NCBI GenBank assembly: GCA_964016885.1
Contig: OZ024752.1
Coordinates: 47,058,001 to 47,122,000 of the forward strand
From: Eledone cirrhosa
Lineage: Eukaryota
Length of the DNA stretch: 64,000 nt
Direction of reading: 5' to 3'
Shown in pieces: positions 37,430 to 49,910 of this stretch; the stretch's first letter is position 1, and every line of letters starts with the position of its first letter. Below the pieces are notes generated by a model. That model saw nothing but the letters and a program-made list of their open reading frames with translations, was not told the origin of the DNA and ran no database searches. The position numbers were made by a program, and so were the translations under genes.

Positions 37430-39615
37430 AAACTATATTCATTTAAACGCTTTAATGGTTTCATGTGTATTTACAGGAGATGGTATGATGGAAAAAAAAG
37501 AACCTGCTCAAAATTTTTACAACCAAGACTTCACTCTTTATGTAAAGCAATCACTATATTATAATTGTTTTCTTGGAAAATTAAATGTAAAAATGTTATA
37601 AACTAGACACAACTTCACATGTCCTTAAATACAAAATTATTTACTGTAACAGACAGTATCAAAAGGAAGCTAGCTACTTATTTAATGTTAAGCACGAACC
37701 TGGGATATGGAATGAAATGACAAAAATGATCACATTAAAAAGAAATACAAAACAAAAACAGTACAAAGAAAAGACAGGGGTAGGGAGGGAGGAAGTTGGA
37801 CTACATAGTAGTCAAACAGGGCAAATTTCAAAGCTACTGCCAAACCTTCAGAAATAAGTGCACTAATGTTTGAAGTAGGCAGAAGAATGTTGATAAAATC
37901 ATGGTTTGGTTTGGCTTGGCATAGAAATATACAGCTGGGTTCAGCAGTAGACCTGAGAACATTCAGTTTGTTAACACAGATAATCAGTCTGTGATGCCAG
38001 TCATTCGCTAAATGGCTGATTGCAGAGGCAGGAATAGAAAAAGACTTTGTTGAGAACCTGAAGCTATTTCCATATCAGATACCCATTAAAATTAATGCAT
38101 GAAATCTATTAAAGTTAAGAGCTTTTAAATGCTTAGAGTAATTAGTAAGCATCTCTTAAAAAAAAATGGAGATCACATATGAAAGTATCAAAATGTAGAA
38201 GTGTTGATTAGACAGTATTCAACCAATTGACACAATTAAACCAACATTTAAACACCATGGTACAACATCTGGACTTCTGATGTACTGGGGTGAAAGATTC
38301 ACACAAGTTGCAAAATGTATGAATGAAACAAGTTTTACTATAGATGTAAAAACTGTATAAAATGTCTAGAAACAAGGGAAAGAAGGCGGGGAGGAGGGGG
38401 GGAATGGAAATGATGGTGAGATCCAGAAGTACAATAATGTACATTAAACGGAAGAAAAAAAACAACCCAAAACAAAACAATACAAAAAGAATAAAACACA
38501 TCTGTACAATAACTACTGTACAGAGACCAAATTACATTTAAGAAGGTACCAATAATCTATATGACATTTTCTAAAGATTTTTGAAGTTTTACACTTGTTC
38601 AATTGGAGCAGTTATTATTATTTATTATAAGAGGAGTGTGAGAAATGGCTGCAACTATGAAGCTGCAATAAATCAAGCGACACCATTTTACAATAAAATG
38701 TCCAGCTAACATTTGTACATCACCTCTGGCCCAAAACAAACATTACACCTTGTTGATCACATCACTGAAGTATATCTTATTGGAGTGACATTGTTTTTTT
38801 TTTTTGTTCATAGAAACCTCAGCCAAGATATGTGGAGTTGAACTAGTTGTAAACAACACTTCCTTAAAGAGAATTAGATAGTTGTTAGAAAGCCACAAAG
38901 CAAGTGGAGATACGGTGCCAACTAGGTGGTAGATTTGCAACAGTGAAAGAAAAATATATTAAAATGCAATCACCTCTGTTCAAAGTAACAACAGTCAACA
39001 GTGGAGTAGCCATCAAACTCACTATACAAGTTATATTTCCATGACAACACATTTCAGTTAACTAGAAATGTGTTGTTGGATTAACGTTCCTAATTTGTAA
39101 ACCATCAATAACCAACAGATATTGATCTTTTACATAACATGCATACATGCACATATAAGTATATGCACATATTCTTTGACCCTGCAATGTAGAAAACAGG
39201 CCATTAACCTAATCTAATTATAACTTTTTTCCTCAACTTGTGTTAAGGAAAAAAAAAATTCTTTCAATTAATTCATGACTGATCAGATTAGGGACCTTTC
39301 CCTTGAAAATTGATCAAAAGAAAAAGGAAAATCCTTTTCTAAGGAAGACCAGATTTTGAAAACCATATTAAGTTCTTAGGGTTTAAAAATGTTCATGAAT
39401 AATGCAACGCAGTTAACACATTTTCTTTCGACATCTGTGAATAAAAACTAACAGCTTCATATGTAGTTTTTTATTTCACACTTTTTAAAATATTTTTAAT
39501 TTAGTAGCTCTCCAGAGACGACCAAATCCTTAATTTGTATTCCTGCTGTCAACATTGCCTACACAAAATAACTTTCTAGCTTTAGATTTTCTTCATCAGA
39601 CCAATCTTCAACCTT
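37430..39615 (-). other. Probable ARGLU1 3' UTR
   Basis: About 2.2 kb without recognisable transposons downstream of the stop, U-rich on the minus strand. Candidate ATTAAA at 37456-37451; the end point is inferred. Confidence 0.5.
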
Positions 39616-39774
39616 TCATTTTCCTAAACTGAACGATAATTTTGGTCGAGCATTTTTCTTATTTAAGATCCTATCTTGCTCTTGTTTCACCCGTTTTCTC
39701 TCTTCTTCCTCCATTCTTTGTTTCTCTTCTAAAATTTTTCGCTGTTCTTCAACTAGCTTCAACTGTTCTTCAGC
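39616..39774 (-). CDS. ARGLU1: ARGLU1 terminal coding exon
   Basis: tttcAG acceptor; AEEQLKLVEEQRKILEEKQRMEEEERKRVKQEQDRILNKKNARPKLSFSLGK*, with the conserved RPKLSFSL end. Confidence 0.96.
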   Translation of the reverse strand, partial: AEEQLKLVEEQRKILEEKQRMEEEERKRVKQEQDRILNKKNARPKLSFSLGK

Positions 39775-40156
39775 CTGAAAAGAAGAAGAAAAAAAAGTTA
39801 AATGAGAAATACTCTCAAACAATATTTCTTCATTAATTAGAATATATATTGACAGTCGATTCCCAGACCTCATTTGCTTATGCTTCCATTGGTCTTTCCA
39901 ATTGCTAATACTATCTGTTGGTTGCAAAACGAGCAACATGAAATTAAGTGTCTTGCTCAAGGACATAACGCATCGCCTGGTCCGGGAATCGAAATTACGA
40001 ATCCAATCTTCTTATATATATATAACTAACAAATAGTTTAGATGCCAAGACAAGAGCAAGAATGACGGTGCCATTTTACTGACATGGCTTAAAGAGGCTG
40101 TTTGCGTAATTGCAAACGAATTGATTATTATTAATATTCGAAAAACTCAGATTACA

Positions 40157-40465
40157 TTTCATTCATTCATTTCATTTTTACATCCACTTTTTCCCTGCTT
40201 GCAAGGGTGGGACGGGAACTGATTCTGGCTTGATTTCTACAGCTGGATGCCCTTCCTAACACCAACCTCATTTACAGTGACTGCTGGGTGCTTTTTTGTC
40301 GTGGTACCTCCACGACCACTTTGCAGTGGAATGATTTGGACCCCAGTCCCTATCATCTCATTTCTTCTACAGCTGAGTAAACTGGAGCAATGTGAAATAA
40401 AGTGTCTTGCTCAAGGAAACAACACATCACCCGGTCTGAGGCCAATAATCTAACCACTAAGCCAT
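40157..40465 (-). mobile_element. CORE-type SINE with RTE tail
   Basis: Near-identical to 63538-63873, with a deletion in the tRNA head. Confidence 0.85.
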
Positions 40466-40499
40466 TTATATATATATATTAATTAGAATGGTTATATTC

Positions 40500-40950
40500 T
40501 AATATATATATTGAACAGGGAAGGTGAATCAGAGTAAGTCTGTCCTAGGTTGGATGGGTAAGAGTGTAGCAAGACATATGTTGGATGTGGGGAGTGAATG
40601 AAATAAAGTCAGCTCTAGCTTTCCACATTGATATGGTTGGATGAGAAAGCAGGACAAGGGTAATGGGTGGTTTCAGACAGGGAAGTTGAGATTATACTAG
40701 CAGGTGGGACCCTAAAATGTTCCACCTCTCAGTTTCTTCAGGTTTAAAGTGGTGGAAAAGTGGGCAAGAGAGGAGTCAAAACCATCTTCTCCTGCTTGTG
40801 TGGGAAGGCATGTGACTAATCATCTTTGAGATTCAGCTGCATGAGGTTGGCCCTCACCACATTCTACAAATTTCTCCTAGCTCTTCTCTGTACATAGGTT
40901 CTATCAACTACAAGCGCTCTGCATTTTATGTAGCTGTTTATATTTATCTA
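40500..40950 (-). mobile_element. Possible decayed Penelope-like fragment
   Basis: GC-richer island whose broken minus-strand translation is reminiscent of GIY-YIG C-termini. Weak evidence, by eye only. Confidence 0.3.
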
Positions 40951-41261
40951 AGACCCTTCCATCACAAGTTTATATAAGAAACATCCCAAATTCTGGATTA
41001 TTTTATTAACCCTTTAGAATTTACATTACTCTATATATACTATTGTATTTTCATTGTAAAGGCTTTACCTTATATAATTATCTCACATAATATCAAATCT
41101 ATGAGATTTTGATATTATTTATTTTGAGAACAATACCTTAACATAAGTATGAGCAGCCGGTTACAGCTGGTTTGAAAAGAAGGGCGGTTTAAATGGTAGA
41201 GGGTTATGGGTCAATATTTTATTCAATTATCCAAACCAAACCACCAAAGTGACCAACTTAC

Positions 41262-41345
41262 CAATTTCCTGTGAGCTTCTTCAATTTTTTTGTTATTTTC
41301 TTCCATTATGCGTTCAAGATCTTCTCGTTTTTTCCGTTCCTCTTC
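41262..41345 (-). CDS. ARGLU1: ARGLU1 penultimate exon
   Basis: tttgtAG acceptor and GTAAGT donor; 84 nt encoding EEERKKREDLERIMEENNKKIEEAHRKL. Confidence 0.95.
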
Positions 41346-41745
41346 CTACAAAGACAAGTAACGATGTTCATACGAAGGTGCATAATGAACAAATATCGGA
41401 ATACTACACAACCAACGAATAAATAAGAAAAGGAAAAGAAAACAATCAGCTTTAAGCTACGATAGACTAAGGAGGTGAGAGGCCGTGGATGATGTCAACA
41501 TAAAGCAGCAGGAGTAGCAGTAGCAGCAGCGACAGCAGTAGTACCAGTGGCAGTTACACAACCACTATACCCCCCACCACCGCCGCCACCACCACCACCA
41601 CCAGTGGCCATCGGCACAGCTGGGTGTTGTCAGAACCAGAACAAAAAGAGATGTGTTTTGTTTGCTTGTTTTTGGTGTTGTGTTTGTTTGTTATTTTTTT
41701 TTAAAAAGTGATCTTGAGGTAAGTCAATACAGAAAGACAAAGTAG

Positions 41746-41794
<49 letters not shown>

Positions 41795-44700
41795 TTTATT
41801 TGTCTTTTGTAGGTTATTATTAATTTAAAGAAAAAGATTTCAGATTTCAAGGCAAGATATGATGTTAGAAAATAGAAACAACACACTACAAAAGAAACAA
41901 CTGGTAATTGATTGACTGGATCAATAATCATCTTTCATTTATAGATTTCTTTCTTGACGAAAACAAGAGTGCGAGATCAATAAAGATCATTGGTAACAAT
42001 TGTGTTTGTGTATTGAAAAGGAAATAAATAAAAAAAAATATATATTTATTTTACAAACCTTTTTTTTTACAAGAATCACCAAGAGATCTAACAGTAATTG
42101 AACCTCATTATTATTTTTATTATTATTATTATTATTAACATATTTTCTTTTTATATGTTAGTGTCATGAGGGAAGAAGAAAAAAAAAAAACAAGGTCAAA
42201 ATAAAAAGATACATACCAGTTGGACTTTAAAGAATTTAAAATTAATTATAAAAAAAAATGCACATTTTTTTAAATATAAACATGGAATAAAAAAAAAAAA
42301 AAAGTATTGATTAGCATTTTTGGTTCAAACATTATGCATTATTCCTAGAGATAATGAACCGATTTAGCCAACGTTGTATTGTGGGCTATAATTGCACGGA
42401 GAATTGACAGATAATGTGACGTCATTGATAGAAAAGTATCTTTCTACATACCCAACAGTAGGTAGGTACACATCTGTAGCACATGACACGAATATATCCA
42501 TCCAGGAATGCTTCCTCTTCAAACTGTTTACTTCAGTGCGGCAGCCAGTTGTCTCATATTTAAACAAAGCCATTAAAATCCCCAACTACAGACACCAAAT
42601 AAACTGTTGTCCACCAGTCAATGGCAGTTGCAGCAGTGGGTAATGAAAGGGGGGAGGAGTATTTATAAGGGGTTGGCCAGTGGGGGGAACTGATGACACT
42701 TGTGTAAAATGTTTCAGCAGTTGATACATATACTAAGAGAACAAAATAATTTGGCCAAAGACCCAAAACAAAACAGTATTCCTTTAGGTCTTCTAAAGTG
42801 GAAATTTATTAGAAATGTGTTTTTGAAATGTTGGGAGTGGTGTTAGTCTTCTACAACTACCATTGATTCCTAAATAAAAGGGGAACTCCTAATACTGTAA
42901 AAATTTGGTGCTTCATTTTACAATCCTCTCTCAATAATTAATATTTCTTACAAAAGAAAAATATACTATTAATTGCCGTAGTAATTAGTATAATTACAAT
43001 AAAAGTTGCTGTCAGCAATATACTAAATAATAACTAGGCACTCAAATAAATATTGCCTTTGTTATATAAACCAATATTAACAGACAGATATTCCCGAGCT
43101 AGTCTTAGAAGGAAGCAGTCAACACACTCTTATAATCAAATGTTTCCTGTTGCTAAGAAATATTTAGTTTAAACATGAATCCCTATACAAAACAATATTT
43201 TTCATTCTTTCAATGTAACATTAGATGGATTGAAAATTAAAGAAGCAATAAAGAAGTAAGTATAAAATTAAAAGACGAGAAAGAGCAAAATAGAACTAAA
43301 AAGAAAGCAGCAGCAAGGAGTAAAATAGAATAGAAACTGGTTGACAGACTGAAAAATTGCAGAGAATTTCCTAACACAGCTTGAAAATAGTCCAACTATT
43401 TTGATTAAACAAAATCAACCATCTTGAGAATTGTTTTAGCCCTTAACATGAACAATTTATGGATAGCACACCAGAAGTTATTCTGGAGAAGGAAAAAAAT
43501 TAATAAAAAGTGAAAAGAAATTAGGTGAAGATAAAGGATATTCCATGTACTTTAAAGTATATTCTAAATATTGGTGCCATCAAACTTGTAATGGACAATC
43601 TGTGGAAAGATTCTATTAATAACATAAAAAAAATTTCAAAGCTAAATGGAATAATATTAATGCCTGGAGTAGAAGAGATAAAGACAGTTTAAATGAACAT
43701 GAGAGTAGGGACAGGAGATTATGGCTATGTAAACATTATATACTTCCTCAGCTGTGTGAATATCCAATCTTTTTAATATCTTTTCCAGCAGAAATCCAAT
43801 GGTGTGTACTTTATTTTACTGGAAAATGCATCACTGAATACTGTAAAAAAATGTTCTTATTAGGTTTGACCACATAGCAACCTAATGGTATTCCAGTTAA
43901 GCTATGTTGATCTATATGTGGCTAAGGTACAGTAGCATATGTTACACAGAATGCGAGCAGAATTTCTCAAACAATAACAATATTTACAAGAGATGTCAAG
44001 AAACAGCTTTCTGCTTTAAGAAAATGTTTCACAATTTGGAAATCTGTTGGGTAAAACAACCAACTGTAATAATACATTTTTGTTGTACAAATATGAAGGG
44101 AAAATTGTAATTATTAATTTTAGGATAAATATTTATCATCTGAAAGTTGAAAATTGCAATGCTTCTCTAAGATATTTAACTCAGTTGGCAGCAGATATAA
44201 ATGTGGAGATAAAAACAGTAAAACTCCAAATATATTACAATTTACATGCTCTTTTCTCTTTTCTAGTATCTTATTCTTTACAAAACAGAGCAGCAACAAT
44301 AATCAGGGGGCCCAAATATTTTAGACCATAAACCTTTGACCCCTCACTGGCAACAAGCATGTACAAATATAAATAAGCAAATAAATATAAAAAAAAAAAA
44401 CCCAAAAAAACCCCCACTAATTATATATGAGAAACCTGTATTAGTAAGTTGTATTTTTATTGATTTTCATTTCTTATAACGGAGAAGCTTTTGATGGGGC
44501 CCGCAAAGCTGATCCAGGCTTTAACAGGGGCAATGGTCTTAAAATGCTTGTTGCATTTTCATTTCTTATAAAAAATGTCAGGTTTTGACCCAAAGGTTTA
44601 ATCAACCCTCTGAATAATCTCAATGACACCTGGAAATCAATACTGACCAGATTGTAGACCCCTACTGTAGAGCATTGTATAAATATCGGTAAGGATGTAC

Positions 44701-47700
44701 AGTTCAGCAGCCAATAATTCAATAAATGAAAAGGGGGAAAAAATCAATATAGAAGCAGCAGATAGAAAACTTGAAACAGCTACATAACATTGAGAAACTA
44801 GAATTTATCCGAAATTTCAAATTGTTAGTCTGTAATCCAAAGAGGAAGTAAAATTAACAGACCAACATATGAATTACACAAAATCAATCACTTCAAATTT
44901 ATATAATTTCCCTCACAAAATTATAGAAAATAAATAAGTCAAACTCCTCAATTTAAACCTGAAGAATTTCAACAATTTCTTTAAGGAAAAAGCTGTCTCT
45001 TGAACAAAATATTCTACTGGGGAAGAACATGGAATAAAAAGATAGAATCTGTATCATTCCAACCATTATTAGAACACAATTTCTCATTTCACAGTAGTAC
45101 TCAATATGTAGGAATAGAGCTACCAATGATAGAAGACTAATCATTATCATCACTGTTTAATGTCCTTTTCACAAGCTAGCATGGGTTGGAAGGGTTGTCA
45201 CAGACCAAACCAGAAATCAATAAGGCATGCTGTGGGCTGTGTCTTGCTTACATACACCATACACATATACACTTTAAAGAATGTACTGGGGTCAATTTGT
45301 TATGGCACCAGCACTAGGCAGGTTGTCATGTCTTGATAAAACTGGATGTCCTTCCTAACACCAATCACTTTACAGAATGTAGTGGGTGCATTTTATCATG
45401 GCACCAACACAAGGGAGGTTGTAGTGTAAAAAGTACCAGCCATTTAAGAATAGGAGAAATACTACCCTCAAATATATTCACAAACAAAATGACATCTAAA
45501 TAAATGGTCGTTAGTGATGCAGATTCTAATTTTGCTGACAACTATATAAAAACAACAACAACAACAACAAGCCACTAGCATACTTACATTAACCATTCAT
45601 ACAAAACAGAGAGAGGAAACAGCTTCAACACCAAAAGGTGTACATAACCAGTTTTACAATCAGTGAAGTAACCAGAAAACTAACAAATACAAATAATTAA
45701 GACATTAACAGTGTAAGTTAATTTAGATAAGATAGACTCTTTTGAAAAACGTGAGAGAAAATACAGCAAATTCATTAACTAATTCCAAAAAAGATTTTAA
45801 TAGAATTTTTAAAATTCTTGAAATTTTACAACCAAGATGGTTAAAAGCTAACAAAAATGTTTACAAGGGGAAATAAAAGCAGAGAGATATAGCTAGCAAA
45901 GTTGAAACAATATCAATAAGATATGAATCAGTGTATTCTTTACCAGACAGTAAAACTGCTGATAAATTTTGACCAATTTAGCGATACCACAAGAAAGAAA
46001 ATATGGAATCAGCTGCCAAATATTTCAAATTCCATTCAAGTGGGAAGAATATAAACACAATGTAGTGATCAATATTTAGATTAATTACAAATAACAGAAC
46101 TCGAAATTATCAAACTAATAAAAGGAAAGTCCTTATGAATAGAAATAAAGAATCAAGGTCTGTGTGCGTGTGTAATTTATGTTATTAAACCATTACAAAG
46201 AAATCCTTGTTTTTCTCCTTACAGAGATGGTCACAGGGTCGGTTAAATAACATGAATAAAATATGTTCTCTATTAATATGTATTGAATACTCATTTAAAA
46301 CTGGTCTCTCTTAACCTTTTACTAAGAAATACCAAGTGTATACATGCACGCACACACATGCATATATATATGTCCATATGTGTGTGTGTCCATGGAGATT
46401 TTTAAAGATAGCTTTGAGGAAAAACAACACTAACCATCTTAGTGCAAGTAATTGAATAAAGATCCAAAATAAATATATTAAATATTCAGAGACAAATTTG
46501 GTATTACAGAAGAGAATAGATTGTTAGTTAAAGATTCTTTGCCTATTTCCCCTCACATTTTACATTCCAGTTACAATGTTACAGCTGATCTAGGCTAGTT
46601 TTATTAAGTATGAAGCCCACATTTGATTTGTTAGTCAGTCATTCATTCTTCATAAATGACATTTTAAATCATAACAAATCAATAACTGTTCAATGCTATT
46701 ATTATATGAATATTTATAGATTGAAGAAGGGGGAATAGGTTGAAAGAGAAAGAAGAGAGAGAGGGAGAAAAAGAAGAAACCATCCAGAATACAAGAATTA
46801 TGAACAAACAAAAATGTGTATGAAGAAATGAAATATTTATTTTAAATATTGTTACGTAAATTAACATTTGTTACCAACCTAGCCCAAGCCCCCTCTGGTC
46901 CTACAAAATAAAACCACTCATTTCGATAATGAAATGAAATTCACAGCTCACCTACGTAGAGGGGCCACAGTCCTATCATGAAATGCAACATGAAATGAAG
47001 TGTCTTGCCCAAGAATACAATGTGCTGTCCAGTCCAGGAATTGAACCCATGACCTTATGATCAAGAGCCCAACACCTTAACCAATTGGACCCGGGCCTTC
47101 ACATCCATTTTGAAGGGTTTCTATTTCAATTAAGATCTTCCAATATAATTTTGTATAACAACAATTTGTTAACTTACAAATACCATCTTGATAATGAAAT
47201 AATCATTTTAGTCCTCCAAATTCTTCATTAATTGATAGTGAATTTTATTAGAAATATTCTAACAAAATGGTTAAACAATTTTCACCAATCAGAAGAGATT
47301 CATTACCAAATTTGAAATCCAAAATATGAGACAATAAATTGTGTATAACAGTAGCAATTGCCTTCGATTTTGGCACAAAACCTGTGTATTTTAAAAGATT
47401 TATATATCTAAAATCCTCCCATTATAATTTTATGTAAGATCCTTTCTTAAACTATGTTCCAAACGCCAGCTTAATAATGAGAAAGTTCCATTACCAAGTC
47501 TCTCCAAATTCATTAAATGAAAATCATAGGCAGAATCCTTCATTAGAAATTTGGTGTCAAAAGTGTTAACAAGGAAAGAAAGTATTTTTTGTCCTTTCTT
47601 TAAATTTAATTAACTTGCCTTAAACTGCTCTGGGTTCTACTTTTAAAAGTGTTCATATTTAAATTTAAACCGTCCACCATCATTTTCATCTAAGAAACTT

Positions 47701-48446
47701 TTGTTAAATTATCTTCTGAACACTAGCTTAATAATGAAAAGGTTAGTGATATTACTAAATCCTTCCAAATTCTTAATTATTTTCAAAATTAATTGAGAAA
47801 GAACCATGAGCTGTGTATGATATTATTGTTAGATTTATGTTAACAAAAGAGTTAAGGTAAGAGTTGTGAATAAAATTTTCAATTATATAGTTCACATTCA
47901 GGATAAAGGGATGATCTTTTTTTTAGAATAAATACTTTTAATTATATCAACCTAGAAATAAATTATCATAGGAAATAGAGAGGGATAAGAAGTCTAAATT
48001 TAATTTCTTTCTAATAAAAAGATAACTATTTTTTCTCCCCAACTTAACATACCTTCATTTAAATTTAATAAATAAATGTGCTACCAAGTCCTAATTCCTT
48101 ATGGTTTTGGGCATCTCACGATAAAAAATTAAATAATAAATATGTCCTTTCTTTCTCTGATCAAAGAATTAATTATGAAAATGCTGGCCTAATTTAAATG
48201 TTGATTTTATATGTATTTATTTGACTCTAATAAAAAGAAAATTTCAATTAAAAGTCAAAATTTATAAGATTACCAAAACACATGTAGATTCAGGATTTGA
48301 CAGGACATTTCAAATGTTAAATTTAAAAAAAAAAAATAAAAAAAAATTTTCTGATATTATTTGGGCGGAGAGTACACCAAACTGACAAAAAGGAGGTGGG
48401 GTGGAGGCAAAGGAAATAAATAATAAAAGCTGAAACTTTGCAGTAC

Positions 48447-48672
48447 CTCTTTTTGACGTTGTGCTTCAAGTTCGGCTTGGCGTTGTCTTTCTAATTCTTC
48501 AAGCATTTGTTTCTCCATTATCCGTTTAGCTTCTTCTACCCGTCTCATCACTTCTGCTTCTATCTCATCTTTACGTTTCTCAAGCTCTTCATTAACCCTT
48601 TTAGCCACAAGCTCTTCCACACGCCTTGCTACTTCCTCTTCGATTAATTTTTCTTCCAGTTCTTTTTGTTTT
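48447..48672 (-). CDS. ARGLU1: ARGLU1 Glu-rich exon
   Basis: AG/GT bounded, 226 nt; [75 protein letters not shown]. Confidence 0.97.
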
Positions 48673-49699
48673 CTAATTAAGGTATAAAAAAAAAAAAAAA
48701 AAACAGTCTTCATAAGAAATAATGCTGAGACATCACAACCAAGGAAACAAAGAATAAAAATTAAAAATTCTCATTTAAAAACTGGTATTAATTTTATTCT
48801 AATTTATTCAAATCTGCAAATGTAATATGTTAAGTCCATCACAGTAAAAAACAATTCTCCAGAAATACCTAAAGGTAGACAGTAATTAAACAATGTAATC
48901 CTTTATATTTTTTGTATAGTCATGGTAAAAAAATAAAACAATGAAATGCTGAAAAAATGGGAACTTCAGCACTTGGGGTTTAGAAATAACAATGAAAATA
49001 AAGCCAACAGGATTTGTTATGCTGAATTAGAACCAATGGAGTGTTCAAATATTGAGTAATATAATAAAAAATCTATTGTAAGAGTAGATCTGTGAGACAA
49101 AAACAATAATTTTCATTAAGTTATGGGCTGTATGAGAAAGAATATAGCTTTATTTTTAAAAGATAATAATAAACCTGACAGAGTTAGAATAGAAAAGATC
49201 TACAAGTAGATGTACTTTAGTAATATGATCAAATTCTATTTCACGAAATTACTAAATATGTATATTTCAATGCCGTGTGTATCTGATTTAAATAGGTACA
49301 CTGTATCTCTGTGTCATAAGAAGTGAGGAAAAGAGTTGGTACCAGGAAGGGCATCTGGCCATAAAACATTACCTCCCCAAAACCCCCAATGAGGAATCGC
49401 AGGGCTAATCCTTTCTCTAGCCTGAAAATACGTGAAGATCTATTTATTCAAAATCTGTAGCTCTTTTAGAAGTCAGTATTCCTATCTTAAATACTATGTA
49501 CTCCACCCCAGACAAAATTCTGGCACACATTTGAATTAATTTCCATTTTATTTCTTCATGGTCGCTTAACAATACAATGTTACATATATAAGTAACAGAA
49601 ATACATATAAAATGCCTGCTATAAAATCAATGTCCGACAAAAACAAAACATAGTGGCCGTCTTGGTGCCAGGATAAAAAGCATCCAGTCCACATTGTAA

Positions 49700-49910
49700 A
49701 TGTGGTTGGCATTAGCAAAGGCATCTAGCCATAGAAACCAAGCCCAAAACAGTTCTGAATGAGCAAGACACGGTCATCTGATCTGACTTGTCTAACTGAC
49801 AAATTGTCCCATTGTTAGACAAGTCAGATCAGATGACCATGTCTTGTTCATACAGAACTGTTTCAGGCTTGGCTTCTATGGCTGGATGCTCTTCCTAATG
49901 CCAACCACAT
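49700..49910. repeat. Tail-to-tail inverted repeat of RTE/SINE 3' ends
   Basis: Arms of ~97 bp (49700-49796 and 49814-49910) with a 17-nt spacer. Confidence 0.9.

Noticed and set aside
41505-41605. CAG/CAC triplet runs as a coding exon
   Set aside because: No convincing bounding splice sites or homology; treated as intronic low-complexity sequence, noted under the intron finding.
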